Assembly: GCA_016712505.1 (NCBI GenBank)
Contig: JADJQY010000002.1
Location: 254,203-318,202 of the forward strand
DNA length: 64,000 nucleotides
From: Candidatus Eiseniibacteriota bacterium
GTDB taxonomy: Bacteria > Eisenbacteria > RBG-16-71-46 > CAIMUX01
Reading direction: 5' to 3'
Below the pieces are notes generated by a model. It was given only the letters and a program-made list of their open reading frames with translations. It was not told where the DNA came from and ran no database searches. The position numbers and the translations under genes were made by a program. This document shows positions 20,893-29,747 of the stretch, piece after piece. Position 1 is the stretch's first letter. Every line of letters begins with the position of its first letter.

Positions 20893-22068
20893 TTGACGGA
20901 GCGAAGCCTGGACATTAGCGTTCCCTCGGGGGTAGAAGATGCCTCCAGGACCCGTGCCCCGTCTCCACCGCGGACGCGTCTTTCCAGTCCAGAAAGAGGA
21001 GAAGCGAAGCTGAAAGCGGATCCAACGGGGAAGCCCGTCCTCGTCACCGGCGGGGCAGGTTTCATTGGCTCCCATTTGGTGGAGGCGCTGGTCGCCCGCG
21101 GTCACGAGGTCCGAGTCCTCGACGACCTCTCGACCGGCCGCAGGGAGAATCTCGCATCCGTCCTGGCCTCTGGACGGGTCGAACTGATCGTCGCACAAGT
21201 CCAGGATCAAGAACGACTGCGCGCCGCGATCGAAGGCTGCCGCACGATCTACCACCTCGCCGCCTCGGTCGGCGTGGGTGCCGTGACCCAGCACCCTCTC
21301 GAGTGTCTGAAGAACAACGCCGACGGCTTCCAGTCGCTCTTCCACGCCATCGAGGCGGTGGGATCGCAGGGCGGCAGATCGGCCTCAGGCGGACCGGCTG
21401 CAGGCGGATCTGGAGCCTTCGACCGCGTCGTGGTCTTTTCCAGCAGCGAGGTCTACGGCAAGTCGACCGCACCTGCCCTGCGGGAGGACGACGACCTCCA
21501 CCTCGGCCCGACCCACGTGCCGCGCTGGTCGTACGCCGCGGCCAAGGCGTTCGGGGAGTTCCTCGCCCTGACCACCCACCGCGAGCAGGGGCTGCCGGTC
21601 ACGATCATCCGCTGCTTCAATACCGTCGGCCCGCGCCAGCTTCCGACCTACGGCATGGTCCTCCCGCGTTTCGTGGCCCAGGCTCGTCGCGGCGAGCCCC
21701 TGACCGTCTACGGCGACGGCGCGCAGACCCGCTGCTTCTCCTTCGTGGAGGACGTGGTGAACGGTGTGCTCGACCTTGCCGCCCATCCAGGCGCTGACGG
21801 GCAGGTGTTCAACATCGGATCCGACGAGGAGACCTCGGTTCTCTCCCTGGCCGAGCGGGTCATCGCGTTGACCGGGAGCAGCTCCGACATCCGCTTCATT
21901 CCGTACAGCGATGTCTACGGAGGAGACGTGGCCGACATCCAACGTCGCGTGCCCGACCTCTCGCGCATCCGCGGCTTGATCGGGTATGCGCCGCGCACCC
22001 GCCTCGACGGGATCCTGCGCGCCACGCTCGAAACCCAGATCGCGGCCGATCTCCCGGTGGGGCGCTAG
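20893..22068 (+). CDS. NAD-dependent epimerase/dehydratase (UDP-sugar 4-epimerase / decarboxylase-like); start uncertain
   Basis: VLVTGGAGFIGSHLVEAL and YAAAKAFGE (YxxxK). The only in-frame canonical start upstream of the Rossmann motif is TTG 20893. Confidence 0.75.
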   Translation: MTERSLDISVPSGVEDASRTRAPSPPRTRLSSPERGEAKLKADPTGKPVLVTGGAGFIGSHLVEALVARGHEVRVLDDLSTGRRENLASVLASGRVELIVAQVQDQERLRAAIEGCRTIYHLAASVGVGAVTQHPLECLKNNADGFQSLFHAIEAVGSQGGRSASGGPAAGGSGAFDRVVVFSSSEVYGKSTAPALREDDDLHLGPTHVPRWSYAAAKAFGEFLALTTHREQGLPVTIIRCFNTVGPRQLPTYGMVLPRFVAQARRGEPLTVYGDGAQTRCFSFVEDVVNGVLDLAAHPGADGQVFNIGSDEETSVLSLAERVIALTGSSSDIRFIPYSDVYGGDVADIQRRVPDLSRIRGLIGYAPRTRLDGILRATLETQIAADLPVGR

Positions 22069-22109
22069 CGCGGCCCGTTGCGGCTCGCTGCGCGGACCGA
22101 TCCGGTGCG

Positions 22110-23051
22110 ATGAATCCCTATCTCCCCGGGGCGGTCGGCTTTGTCGTCGCCGCCCTGGTCTCCGCAGTTTCCGTCCGCTTCTGGCGCGGCCGCCTGAGCG
22201 GCGACGGCTGGGTCGACCGACCCCGTCCCGATCGCCACAGCCTGCGCGCCGTTCCGCGGATCGGCGGGCCTGCCTGGCTCTCCGGCATGGTCGTCGGCCT
22301 ACTGATCCTCTCGCTGCTCGAGGCGCGCGGCTTCGGCTACGCCCAGGCCCATGTCGCTAGTGCGTCGCTCCTCGCCGTGGCCATGCTCCTGGCCTTCACT
22401 CTCGGCCGCTGGGAGGAGAGAGGAGAGTTCCGCGCCGGCTTCAAGTGGCGTTTGCAACTCCTGCTCCTCCTGCTCACGGTGCTCGGATTGATGCTCGCGC
22501 AAGGAAGCCAGGCTGATCCCATCAACGTGCCCAAGCTCCGTCTCCTGGTCGCCCTCGGCGTGGCCACCCTGCTCCAGCTCGCGCTCAACATCGCCGACAA
22601 CCTCGATGGTGCCCTTGGCGCTGCCTCGCTCTTCGGGCTGCTCGGGCTGGCGCTGGCCGGGCACGGGTTCATTCCTGCCGCCGACGCCGCCTGGGCGGGT
22701 GCAGGTGCGACGCTCGGCTTTCTCTGCTGGAACCTTCCCCCCGCGCGGATCTTTCTCGGAAACGGCGGAAGCGAGATGCTCTCCCTCCTCGCCGCCGCGT
22801 TGCTCGCGGTGGCCTGGGCGCGCCCCACCGCCGAGCCGCGCTGGACGCTGCTCCTCCCCTTCGCCTGGCCGCTGTTCGATTTCGTCTTCGTGGTGCTCCG
22901 CCGCCTCCGGGAAGGCCGGAAGCCCTGGCAGGGGGGCCGGGACCACACCACCCATCTACTCGCGCGCCGGTTCGGATCCGATCGACCGGTGACCGCACTG
23001 TTGTTGCTCGTGGCGGCGATCGGGCTCGCGGTCGCGTTTCTCTCGATCTAG
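22110..23051 (+). CDS. glycosyltransferase family 4 (MraY/WecA-like polyprenyl-phosphate sugar-1-phosphate transferase)
   Basis: Polytopic membrane protein with a NIADNLDGALG (NxxDxxDG) motif. Confidence 0.7.
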   Translation: MNPYLPGAVGFVVAALVSAVSVRFWRGRLSGDGWVDRPRPDRHSLRAVPRIGGPAWLSGMVVGLLILSLLEARGFGYAQAHVASASLLAVAMLLAFTLGRWEERGEFRAGFKWRLQLLLLLLTVLGLMLAQGSQADPINVPKLRLLVALGVATLLQLALNIADNLDGALGAASLFGLLGLALAGHGFIPAADAAWAGAGATLGFLCWNLPPARIFLGNGGSEMLSLLAAALLAVAWARPTAEPRWTLLLPFAWPLFDFVFVVLRRLREGRKPWQGGRDHTTHLLARRFGSDRPVTALLLLVAAIGLAVAFLSI

Positions 23052-23233
23052 CCTGGTTTCCCCCGTTCGGCCCGCCTCGACGAGCGACATGGAGTGCCGC
23101 CCTTTGGCGTCACGTTGCCACGAAAGCCGCGGATGGAACCGTCGAACTCCCGAAGAGAGACGAAGCGGCGGGCGATCGTCCCCGAGCGGACGAACTTTCC
23201 AATCGTCTGTACGACGCCCTGGGTGAGGAGGGC

Positions 23234-23599
23234 GTGGAGGCAAGCTCCCAACGCAGGGCGCGGCTCGTAGAGGACGGCGTGAGTTTCGATGCGGCAGTCC
23301 AGAAGGGTAAGCAGCTCTTCGCCACCTACCGCGGGCGACAGAAGTTAGCCCAGGCGCGGGAGAAAGCCGACCGGATCCGGACCGCCGCCGAGGCGATCCT
23401 GCGTGGCGCCCACGGGTCGTTCGAGGCGACGCGGGAAGCCGTGGCCCAGATGCTCACGGGCGAGGCGAGCGGCACTCACTTCCAGACGGTGCACCGAAAG
23501 CTCCAGTCCGTTGAACCGGCGGACTTCGAGAGCGTTCAGGACCATGCGGCCCTCGCGGAGTACCTGGCGACCCCCGCGGAGGAAGCGGACGGAGAGTGA
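23234..23599 (+). CDS. hypothetical helical protein, coupled to the downstream ImmA/IrrE peptidase
   Basis: A 121-aa ORF. Its stop overlaps the next start (GTGA). No HTH signature was recognised. Confidence 0.4.
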   Translation: MEASSQRRARLVEDGVSFDAAVQKGKQLFATYRGRQKLAQAREKADRIRTAAEAILRGAHGSFEATREAVAQMLTGEASGTHFQTVHRKLQSVEPADFESVQDHAALAEYLATPAEEADGE

Positions 23600-24399
23600 G
23601 TCTGGAGCATCCGAGGGCTCGCGGAAGGGCGCGCCAGCGCATCGCGGAGTTCGGCATTCAAAGCCCGGAGGAGATCGACCTCGAGGCCCTCGCCGCCGCG
23701 CGCAACGTTCTCGTTCGAGAAGCCGCCCTGGCGGGGGCACAGGCCCGATTGGTGCGGAGGAAGAGGGGAGGGGTGATCCGGGTCCACGCTGGCCTCGGTT
23801 CGCTGGGCCAGAAGCGGTTCTGCGTGGCACACGAACTCGGTCACCTCCTGCTGCACGAAGGGGTGGATCAGTTGGCGTTCTGCTCCTCGACCGACATGCT
23901 CCCGGGTTACCGTGCGCGGCCTGAGGAGCCGGAGGCGAACGCCTTCGCCGCAGACCTCCTGATGCCAGAGCGGATGTTCCTCGACGCCTGCCGAGGCGAA
24001 CGGCCGACCTTCGGCCTCTTGGCCGGCGTCGCGGAGTCGTTTCGGGTGACGCTCTCGGCGATGGCCTTTCGGTACGTGGAACTCGGCGTTCGGGTCTGTG
24101 CTGTGGCTCACTCTGAAGAGGGCCACATCCGTTGGTCGAAGGCGGCGGGGGATTTCCGGATTCGGCTTCGTGAGTGGGGAAGCCGGCTCGATGGTCGGAC
24201 CCGTGCTTCCGACTTCTTTGGAGGCAGAACCCGGAGAACGAACGAGGAGGACGTGCCGGCGGAGGCCTGGCTGGATGACCACCGCGTGGAGGCGCGCTGG
24301 ACGATCCGTGGAATCATGATCCCGATGCCGACCTACGACAGCACCCTGAGCCTCCTTTGGGTCGTGGATGGGTCGGAGCTGGATGCATGTGGGGCATGA
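23596..24399 (+). CDS. ImmA/IrrE family metallo-endopeptidase (COG2856-type)
   Basis: HEXXH in FCVAHELGHLLLHEG, followed by EEPEANAFAADLLMPERMF, the typical third-ligand and family motif. Confidence 0.8.
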   Translation: MSLEHPRARGRARQRIAEFGIQSPEEIDLEALAAARNVLVREAALAGAQARLVRRKRGGVIRVHAGLGSLGQKRFCVAHELGHLLLHEGVDQLAFCSSTDMLPGYRARPEEPEANAFAADLLMPERMFLDACRGERPTFGLLAGVAESFRVTLSAMAFRYVELGVRVCAVAHSEEGHIRWSKAAGDFRIRLREWGSRLDGRTRASDFFGGRTRRTNEEDVPAEAWLDDHRVEARWTIRGIMIPMPTYDSTLSLLWVVDGSELDACGA

Positions 24400-24638
24400 C
24401 ACGGACCGGTGTCGCGGGTGGGTGCGGCGGCGCGGCACGTCCTCTGAGCTGCTGGGCAATTGAAGTGGGTACTCTTTTTCTTGGGAGATTCACTTGACAA
24501 CCGAACCGCGCGGGAGGAGCGTATTGCACGCGACCCCAAGCGTCGTCGCGGCCACACCGGGTACCCGCCCGATGCCTTCGTGAACGTGGGCGCGCCGCGG
24601 CGCTGACGCCGCGCACCGAAGAGCGGAGGCATGGCACC

Positions 24639-24749
24639 ATGCCAGGCAAGTTCGAGCTCAAGAGGAGTTCCTCTGGCCAATTCATGTTCAACATCAAAGC
24701 AACCAATGGTGCCTCTTCCGGCTCCCGTGTGGGTGGATTTGCTGACTGA
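24639..24749 (+). pseudogene. YegP/DUF1508-like gene truncated by the ISL3 insertion
   Basis: GGAGG RBS, then MPGKFELKRSSSGQFMFNIKATNG, which matches the start of the YegP-type repeat (kFEl.k...GqfrFnLkA.NG). After about 24710 the reading runs into the ISL3 inverted repeat and stops. Confidence 0.5.
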
Positions 24750-26076
24750 TCTGAAGGGGTGATACGGTCCCGATCGGGCAAGCACCCGAGGGAGGGACCG
24801 AAGATGGACGACAAGACTCTGTACGCCACGTTGTTGGGCCTGACTGAGCCGTGGGGAGTCGAGAAGGTGGAGCTGAAGCTGGCTGCCGGAGAGGTCCACA
24901 TCTACGTTGCCCTTCCCCCGAAGGAGCTCTGGGTTTGTCCGGAGTGTCTGGAACGAGCTCCGATCCATGACCATCGGGAGCGCACCTGGCGCCACCTCGA
25001 CACCTTTCAGTATCGGACGATTCTTCACGCCCGAGTGCCCCGCCTGAGCTGCCCCAACCACGGGGTGAAGCAGATCCGCGTGCCCTGGGCCGAGGACGGC
25101 TCGAGATTCACCTCGCTCTTCGAGGCTTTGGCCATCGACTGGATGAAGCAAGCTTCCATCTCCGCCGTGGCCACGCGCCTGCATCTGACCTGGGATGAGG
25201 CCGCTGGCATCCAGGACCGTGCGGTCCGTCGAGGCTTGGCCCGACGCAAGGCAGAACCGGTGCGCTACATCGGTATCGATGAAACGTCTTTCCAGCGCGG
25301 GCACAAGTACGTCACCGTTGTCTCCGACCTCGCGAAGCCACGAGCGCTCTACGTGGCCGACGATCGAAGGCGGGAGAGCCTGGACGGCTTCTGGGAGAGC
25401 ATGACTCCCGAGCAACTGCGCGCCATCGAGGGCGTTGCGATGGACATGTGGGAACCGTTCGTCGGTGCGGTCCGAGAGAGCATTCCGCGAGGCGCTGAAA
25501 AGATCGTCTTCGACAAGTTCCACATCGCCAAACACCTGAACGACGGCGTCGACCAGGTGCGCCGCCGAGAGCACCGCGCCCTCCTTGCGCAAGGCAACGG
25601 CTGGCTCAAGGGCACGAAGTACGACTGGCTCCGCAACCCAGCCCGGTTCAGCCTGTCGGAATGGCGAAAGTTCCTTCCCAGGGCTCGCCGCGGCCGCCTG
25701 AAGACGGGGCGTGCCTGGAGCCTCAAAGAGGAATTCATGCGGTTCTGGGACTACCGGTACCGTGGCGCCGCCGACCGCCACTTCAAGAGCTGGTATGCCT
25801 GGGCCGTCCGCAGCCGACTCGAGCCCATGAAGAAGGTCGCCAACATGATCAAGCGGTACTACGACAACATCGCGACCTACTTCACACTTCCGATCACCAA
25901 TGCTGCCGCCGAGGGCTTGAATGCAGCCATCCAGCGGGTCAAAGGCATGGCGCGTGGCTTCCGTAACCCCGAGCGCTTCCGGATGGCTATCTACTTCCAC
26001 TGCGGTGCCCTCGACCTGTACCCACGCTCATGCATGTTCACCCAATGAACTTAGCCACACGAAACCCGGAAGACCC
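24711..26076 (+). mobile_element. ISL3-family insertion sequence
   Basis: The terminal inverted repeat GCCTCTTCCGGCTCCCGTGTGG (24711..) matches the reverse complement of CCACACGAAACCCGGAAGACCC (..26076). It contains a single transposase ORF. No matching 8-bp flanks are present (CCAATGGT vs CGGATATG). Confidence 0.8.
24804..26048 (+). CDS. ISL3 family transposase
   Basis: An N-terminal zinc-finger region (CPECLERAPIHDHRERTWRHLDTFQY...CPNHG), then a DDE domain (IGIDETSFQRGHKYVTVVSDL...). ATG 24804 follows a GGAGGG RBS. Confidence 0.9.
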   Translation: MDDKTLYATLLGLTEPWGVEKVELKLAAGEVHIYVALPPKELWVCPECLERAPIHDHRERTWRHLDTFQYRTILHARVPRLSCPNHGVKQIRVPWAEDGSRFTSLFEALAIDWMKQASISAVATRLHLTWDEAAGIQDRAVRRGLARRKAEPVRYIGIDETSFQRGHKYVTVVSDLAKPRALYVADDRRRESLDGFWESMTPEQLRAIEGVAMDMWEPFVGAVRESIPRGAEKIVFDKFHIAKHLNDGVDQVRRREHRALLAQGNGWLKGTKYDWLRNPARFSLSEWRKFLPRARRGRLKTGRAWSLKEEFMRFWDYRYRGAADRHFKSWYAWAVRSRLEPMKKVANMIKRYYDNIATYFTLPITNAAAEGLNAAIQRVKGMARGFRNPERFRMAIYFHCGALDLYPRSCMFTQ

Positions 26077-26325
26077 CGGATATGTTGCCCTCGCCTCAGC
26101 CGCTATCTGTGTTTCTGATGCGGATTTGGTTCACCTCGCCCAGCCACCGGGGATGGCTCTACAGCGAATCACTCCAGAGGGGTCACCTGCCGGCAGCGAT
26201 GCAAGGTCAAACGGGACAGGCCGCCCGAACAACACGCACCCAGCCTCACGGCGCATACCTGCCCGGCCAACCGCGCCATTCACCCAGCCACACGACGTTT
26301 CACGCGAGTCAGCGAAAGGGAGAGT

Positions 26326-27298
26326 GTGGGATGTGACGCCTGCAAATCCGGTGGCGATTTGACGCCCCAGCCGCTTGTGCAGATATCTACTTCTCGCCCG
26401 GGTGGGCGCGTTTTCGTGCCGTCACGGTACAACATCATCATATCCGGAACTGCTTCGACCCCGACTTTGATTCTCAACACCTACACAAGTGCTCTGATCG
26501 CGCTGGACGATGAAACAGACGAAGAAACAGTGCGGAGTATTCTAGCCCGCCCGCTCACGCGGGAGACGGACACTCCGGCCAGTGCAAAGACGATTGCGAC
26601 GCTATCTCGCAATGGCTTTCTCGTCGAGTCGGAGAGAGACGAGCGCGCGGAGATCAACCTGCGCGGGGAGCTCGGCAGGTATCGCTCTCGTCAAGTGATG
26701 CTGACGATCCTACCCACACTGCGGTGCAATTTTTCCTGCGACTACTGCTTCGAAGCCCATCCTGATGAGAACATGACTCCGGAGGTGGAAGACGGCATAG
26801 TCCGGTATGTCCAGAGCGTGCGCCGCGATTACGATTCTCTTTTCGTAACTTGGTTCGGTGGCGAGCCGCTCTTGCGCTTGAGCGTGATTCGGTCACTCGC
26901 GCCCAAGTTGCAAGCGGTGTTTTCGCACTACAGTTCGACAATTATCACGAATGGGTTCCTCATGCGCCGCCAAGCCTCACGGCACCTGCTAGACGCAGGC
27001 GTGTCCTCGGCCCAGATCACCATGGATGGGCCTGAATTGTTCCACGAGGCCAGGCGACCGCACGTTGATGGAGTGCCGACCTACGCTCGCATTCTCGAAA
27101 ACATCCACGATGCGTGCGAATTGGACCTGGCCGTATCGGTGCGTGTAAACATGGATCGGAAGATGGCGAAAGCACCTGAATCCATGGCTAGGCTCATCGC
27201 GGATGTTTATGACGCCAGCGGGGGCAGGGCAGTACCATACTTCTCTCCCGTATTCGGATACGAGAACGCACCCGACTTTTCTACGGGAAACAGGACTA
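26326..27298 (+). pseudogene. radical SAM peptide-maturase gene, 5' part (interrupted by IS630)
   Basis: CX3CX2C cluster motif LRCNFSCDYC and WFGGEPLL. The N-terminal ~100 aa precede the rSAM core, as in peptide-modifying rSAM enzymes. The reading is cut at the TA target 27297-27298. The true start may be GTG ~26377. Confidence 0.85.
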
Positions 27299-28360
27299 AA
27301 TCGCTTTGCATGATTCCGCAACACCACCTCGGCAGCCCAGCGGTTCGCGCTGCGTGTTCAACCGCCTGCTGAGGTACTGGAAGATCGCTTCGAGCAGGTC
27401 GATCATCGTCTTCTTGTCGTGGTTGCGGGTGACGTTGTCGTGCACGTCTTTCCAGAGCCGCTCGATCCGGTTCTCCTGGGGACAGTAAGGAGGCAGGAAG
27501 TGCAACTCGATCCGCCCGCCGAGCTCCCGCAGCGCCTTCTCGACCCAGCGGCTCTTGTGGATCACGTAGTTGTCGAGGATGAGGTGGATTGTCCTGGTTC
27601 GGTGATAGATCGAGGCCAGAAGATGAAGCAGACGGACGAAGAGCCAGCTCGCTTTCCGGTCGCCTTCGACGTAGATCAGTCGACCCTGGGCATGGTCATA
27701 TGCGCCAGCCAGGTAGCGCTTCTCGTTCCGACCCGGAGTCTCGACGTAACGCTGCTGCCCCCGCAGCGTCCAGTCCGGTCCGATCCGCGGGTTCTTATGG
27801 ATGTCGATCTCGTCGACGAAGAGCACGACCTCGCGGCGGGCACGGTGGGCGGCCAAGGCGCGCAGCTCGGCGATCCGATCCTCGCGCCGACGGCGGCTCC
27901 AGGGGCATCGGACGAACGGTCGCGCCCGCTTGAGCACCACACCGAGAGAGCGCATCACCTTGCTCAGGTGCCCAAGCGAGAGCCGAACGTTCAGTTCTTT
28001 CGCAATCACCTGAGCCAAGACCTCGAGCGACCAAGTGGATCGTTGAAAGCCATGATCAGCCGGTCGGCCGACCACGATCTGGAGGATTCCGCCGCGAACG
28101 TCTTCGTCGACCTTGAGCGACCCGTTCTCCGTCCGCCGATCCAGCAGGCCCTGCTCCCCTTCGGCGCGGAAGCGAAGGGCGACTCTCCAAGCGGTCGATG
28201 GGGCGCAACCCAGGGCCATCGCGGCGGCGTGTGCGCTCAACCCTTCCGCCATCTTCAAAACCAAGCGGCAGCGGATCCGAAAATCGGCATTGCGGGTCTT
28301 CTGACTGGCTCGGATAATGCGGCGTCGGATCGGACGGGAAAGACGTCCGAGATCGAACAT
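27296..28360 (-). CDS. IS630 family transposase
   Basis: An HTH N-terminus, a DDE domain, and the family-typical LPPYCPQENRIERLWKDVH. The ORF reads through the inverted repeat. Its TAG stop is built from the TA duplication plus one host base. Confidence 0.9.
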   Translation of the reverse strand: MFDLGRLSRPIRRRIIRASQKTRNADFRIRCRLVLKMAEGLSAHAAAMALGCAPSTAWRVALRFRAEGEQGLLDRRTENGSLKVDEDVRGGILQIVVGRPADHGFQRSTWSLEVLAQVIAKELNVRLSLGHLSKVMRSLGVVLKRARPFVRCPWSRRRREDRIAELRALAAHRARREVVLFVDEIDIHKNPRIGPDWTLRGQQRYVETPGRNEKRYLAGAYDHAQGRLIYVEGDRKASWLFVRLLHLLASIYHRTRTIHLILDNYVIHKSRWVEKALRELGGRIELHFLPPYCPQENRIERLWKDVHDNVTRNHDKKTMIDLLEAIFQYLSRRLNTQREPLGCRGGVAESCKAI

Positions 28361-28495
28361 CGTGAGACCTCCTTGTCGTCGGTTGGGACCAACAACAGAC
28401 TGGCAGGTGAGGTCTTACGGCTTCTAGGCTTGATCTTCATCCCCGCACCCGGGCATCCTCAGGGGAATCGCTATTTTGAATCATGCAAAGCGATT
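27299..28495 (-). mobile_element. IS630-family insertion sequence with TA target-site duplication
   Basis: Perfect 18-bp terminal inverted repeats: AATCGCTTTGCATGATTC (27299-27316) and GAATCATGCAAAGCGATT (28478-28495). TA flanks both ends, at 27297-98 and 28496-97. Confidence 0.9.
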
Positions 28496-28988
28496 TAGCA
28501 ACCGCGAGTTTTCGGCTGCCGTAGAATCAATCTACAAGATTGCGCTACGAGACCGAGGGCGTCAGATTCGCTTGCCCAACCTCAAGAGCGATTCGTGCGG
28601 CGTCTGCATCGCCGTCAAGCCTGACTCATTCACGATCGCTCCTGACGGTACTCTTTACAAATGCTGGGAAGAACCCGGGGGCGCTGTCGATAAGCCATGC
28701 GGCCACATTCTTCGCGACATGCGATCTCCTGCAGAACTGTCCCGGGATCTTGCGTGGGTCAATTGGAAAGAATGGCAAAGTGACGAGTGCCAATCTTGTT
28801 CCTACTTGCCAATGTGTATGGGTGGTTGCACGCGCGTCGTGCAATCCACAAACAGAATTGGGGACAAGTACAGCGAGACGTGCGAGCATTGGTTCAGCTG
28901 GGTTCCGATGGTCGCACGCCTTCGGTATCACCATCAGTCAGCAAAGAGCGAGCCACTAGAGGAGGAGGTGTTGCTTGAAGATCATTGA
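28496..28988 (+). pseudogene. radical SAM maturase gene, 3' part encoding the SPASM domain
   Basis: CGVC...PDGTLYKC, plus the exact SPASM signature CX2CX5CX3C in CQSCSYLPMCMGGC. The reading frame is continuous with 26326..27298 after IS removal. Confidence 0.85.
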
Positions 28989-29221
28989 TGGCACTGATCT
29001 CGACCGAACGGACAAAGTACTGCCTGGACATATGTCGTTACTGGGTGGCGCTGGGAACATGGCGTGGCAACATAGTTGCTGCACATCGATGCACAGTTGC
29101 GGGGTGGACCTACCAAGAAGGGACTAGTCAGTGTCCGGGCTCACTGTGTATCTCGGAACACTGTACAGATATGTCTTGTACGGGGCATAGCTGCCTCAAT
29201 TTGAGCTGTCCACTACACTGA
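28985..29221 (+). CDS. 78-aa Cys-rich peptide, candidate RiPP precursor
   Basis: The start (TTG 28985 / ATG 28988) overlaps the maturase stop (TGATG). There are nine Cys, and six sit at residues 50, 55, 60, 65, 70 and 75 (QC PGSLC ISEHC TDMSC TGHSC LNLSC PLH). The stop overlaps the next ATG. Confidence 0.5.
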   Translation: MMALISTERTKYCLDICRYWVALGTWRGNIVAAHRCTVAGWTYQEGTSQCPGSLCISEHCTDMSCTGHSCLNLSCPLH

Positions 29222-29238
29222 TGCTTTTAGGAGGAAGC

Positions 29239-29745
29239 ATGACTCATCCAGTGTCTCGACGTGCATTCCTGCGCGTACTTCCTATGGGTTTGCTAGGTCT
29301 ATCAGCCTGTGCCTCGGATGGGAGCCGGAGGATCAGCGGACCTGGTGAGTTCACGCCCGCGACGTCTAGTTCTCCGGTGGATGTGCTGCAGCACTTGGCT
29401 AGTGCTACGACGGCAGTAGACGTTGATGTGTTTTCGACGCTTCTCGCGCACGACTATAGGCAATCGTGCTCCCTCGGTGTTGAGCCATGGTCGAGGGACA
29501 CTGCGCTTGAATTGTTCCGAAAATATGCCGAGAACTCGCCGGGCGTGGTGCGACAGATGACGTTCGAACTACTCGGCCAGGCACGTGTCACGGAAGTTGC
29601 TGATGGATGGGTGATCGATGGACTGGAGCAGGTGGTGCATATCGAGATGCCCCTCGACGTCATCGATAGTCGCGTGCCTGTGCAGGCATGGGTGCGACGC
29701 GAGCAAGGCGTGTATGTGATCTACCGGTATGATTACACCAGCTAG
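29239..29745 (+). CDS. secreted lipoprotein, NTF2/SnoaL-like (putative)
   Basis: Strong RBS TAGGAGGAAGC before ATG 29239. A Tat-like signal with lipobox follows (SRRAFLRVLPMGLLGLSAC). It is a paralog of the next gene. Confidence 0.55.
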   Translation: MTHPVSRRAFLRVLPMGLLGLSACASDGSRRISGPGEFTPATSSSPVDVLQHLASATTAVDVDVFSTLLAHDYRQSCSLGVEPWSRDTALELFRKYAENSPGVVRQMTFELLGQARVTEVADGWVIDGLEQVVHIEMPLDVIDSRVPVQAWVRREQGVYVIYRYDYTS

Positions 29746-29747
29746 AA

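Noticed and set aside
26077-26325. I searched this stretch for the missing 3' part of the YegP-like gene, or for a second precursor peptide upstream of the maturase.
   Set aside because: None of the three forward frames gives a YegP-like continuation or a convincing short Cys-rich ORF with a start signal.
29032-29127. Alternative-frame 31-aa Cys-containing ORF (MSLLGGAGNMAWQHSCCTSMHSCGVDLPRRD) inside the Cys-rich peptide gene.
   Set aside because: It has no RBS or coupling signal and no periodic Cys pattern. The 78-aa frame shows the striking C-x4 register and start/stop coupling on both sides. It is kept only as an alternative to test.
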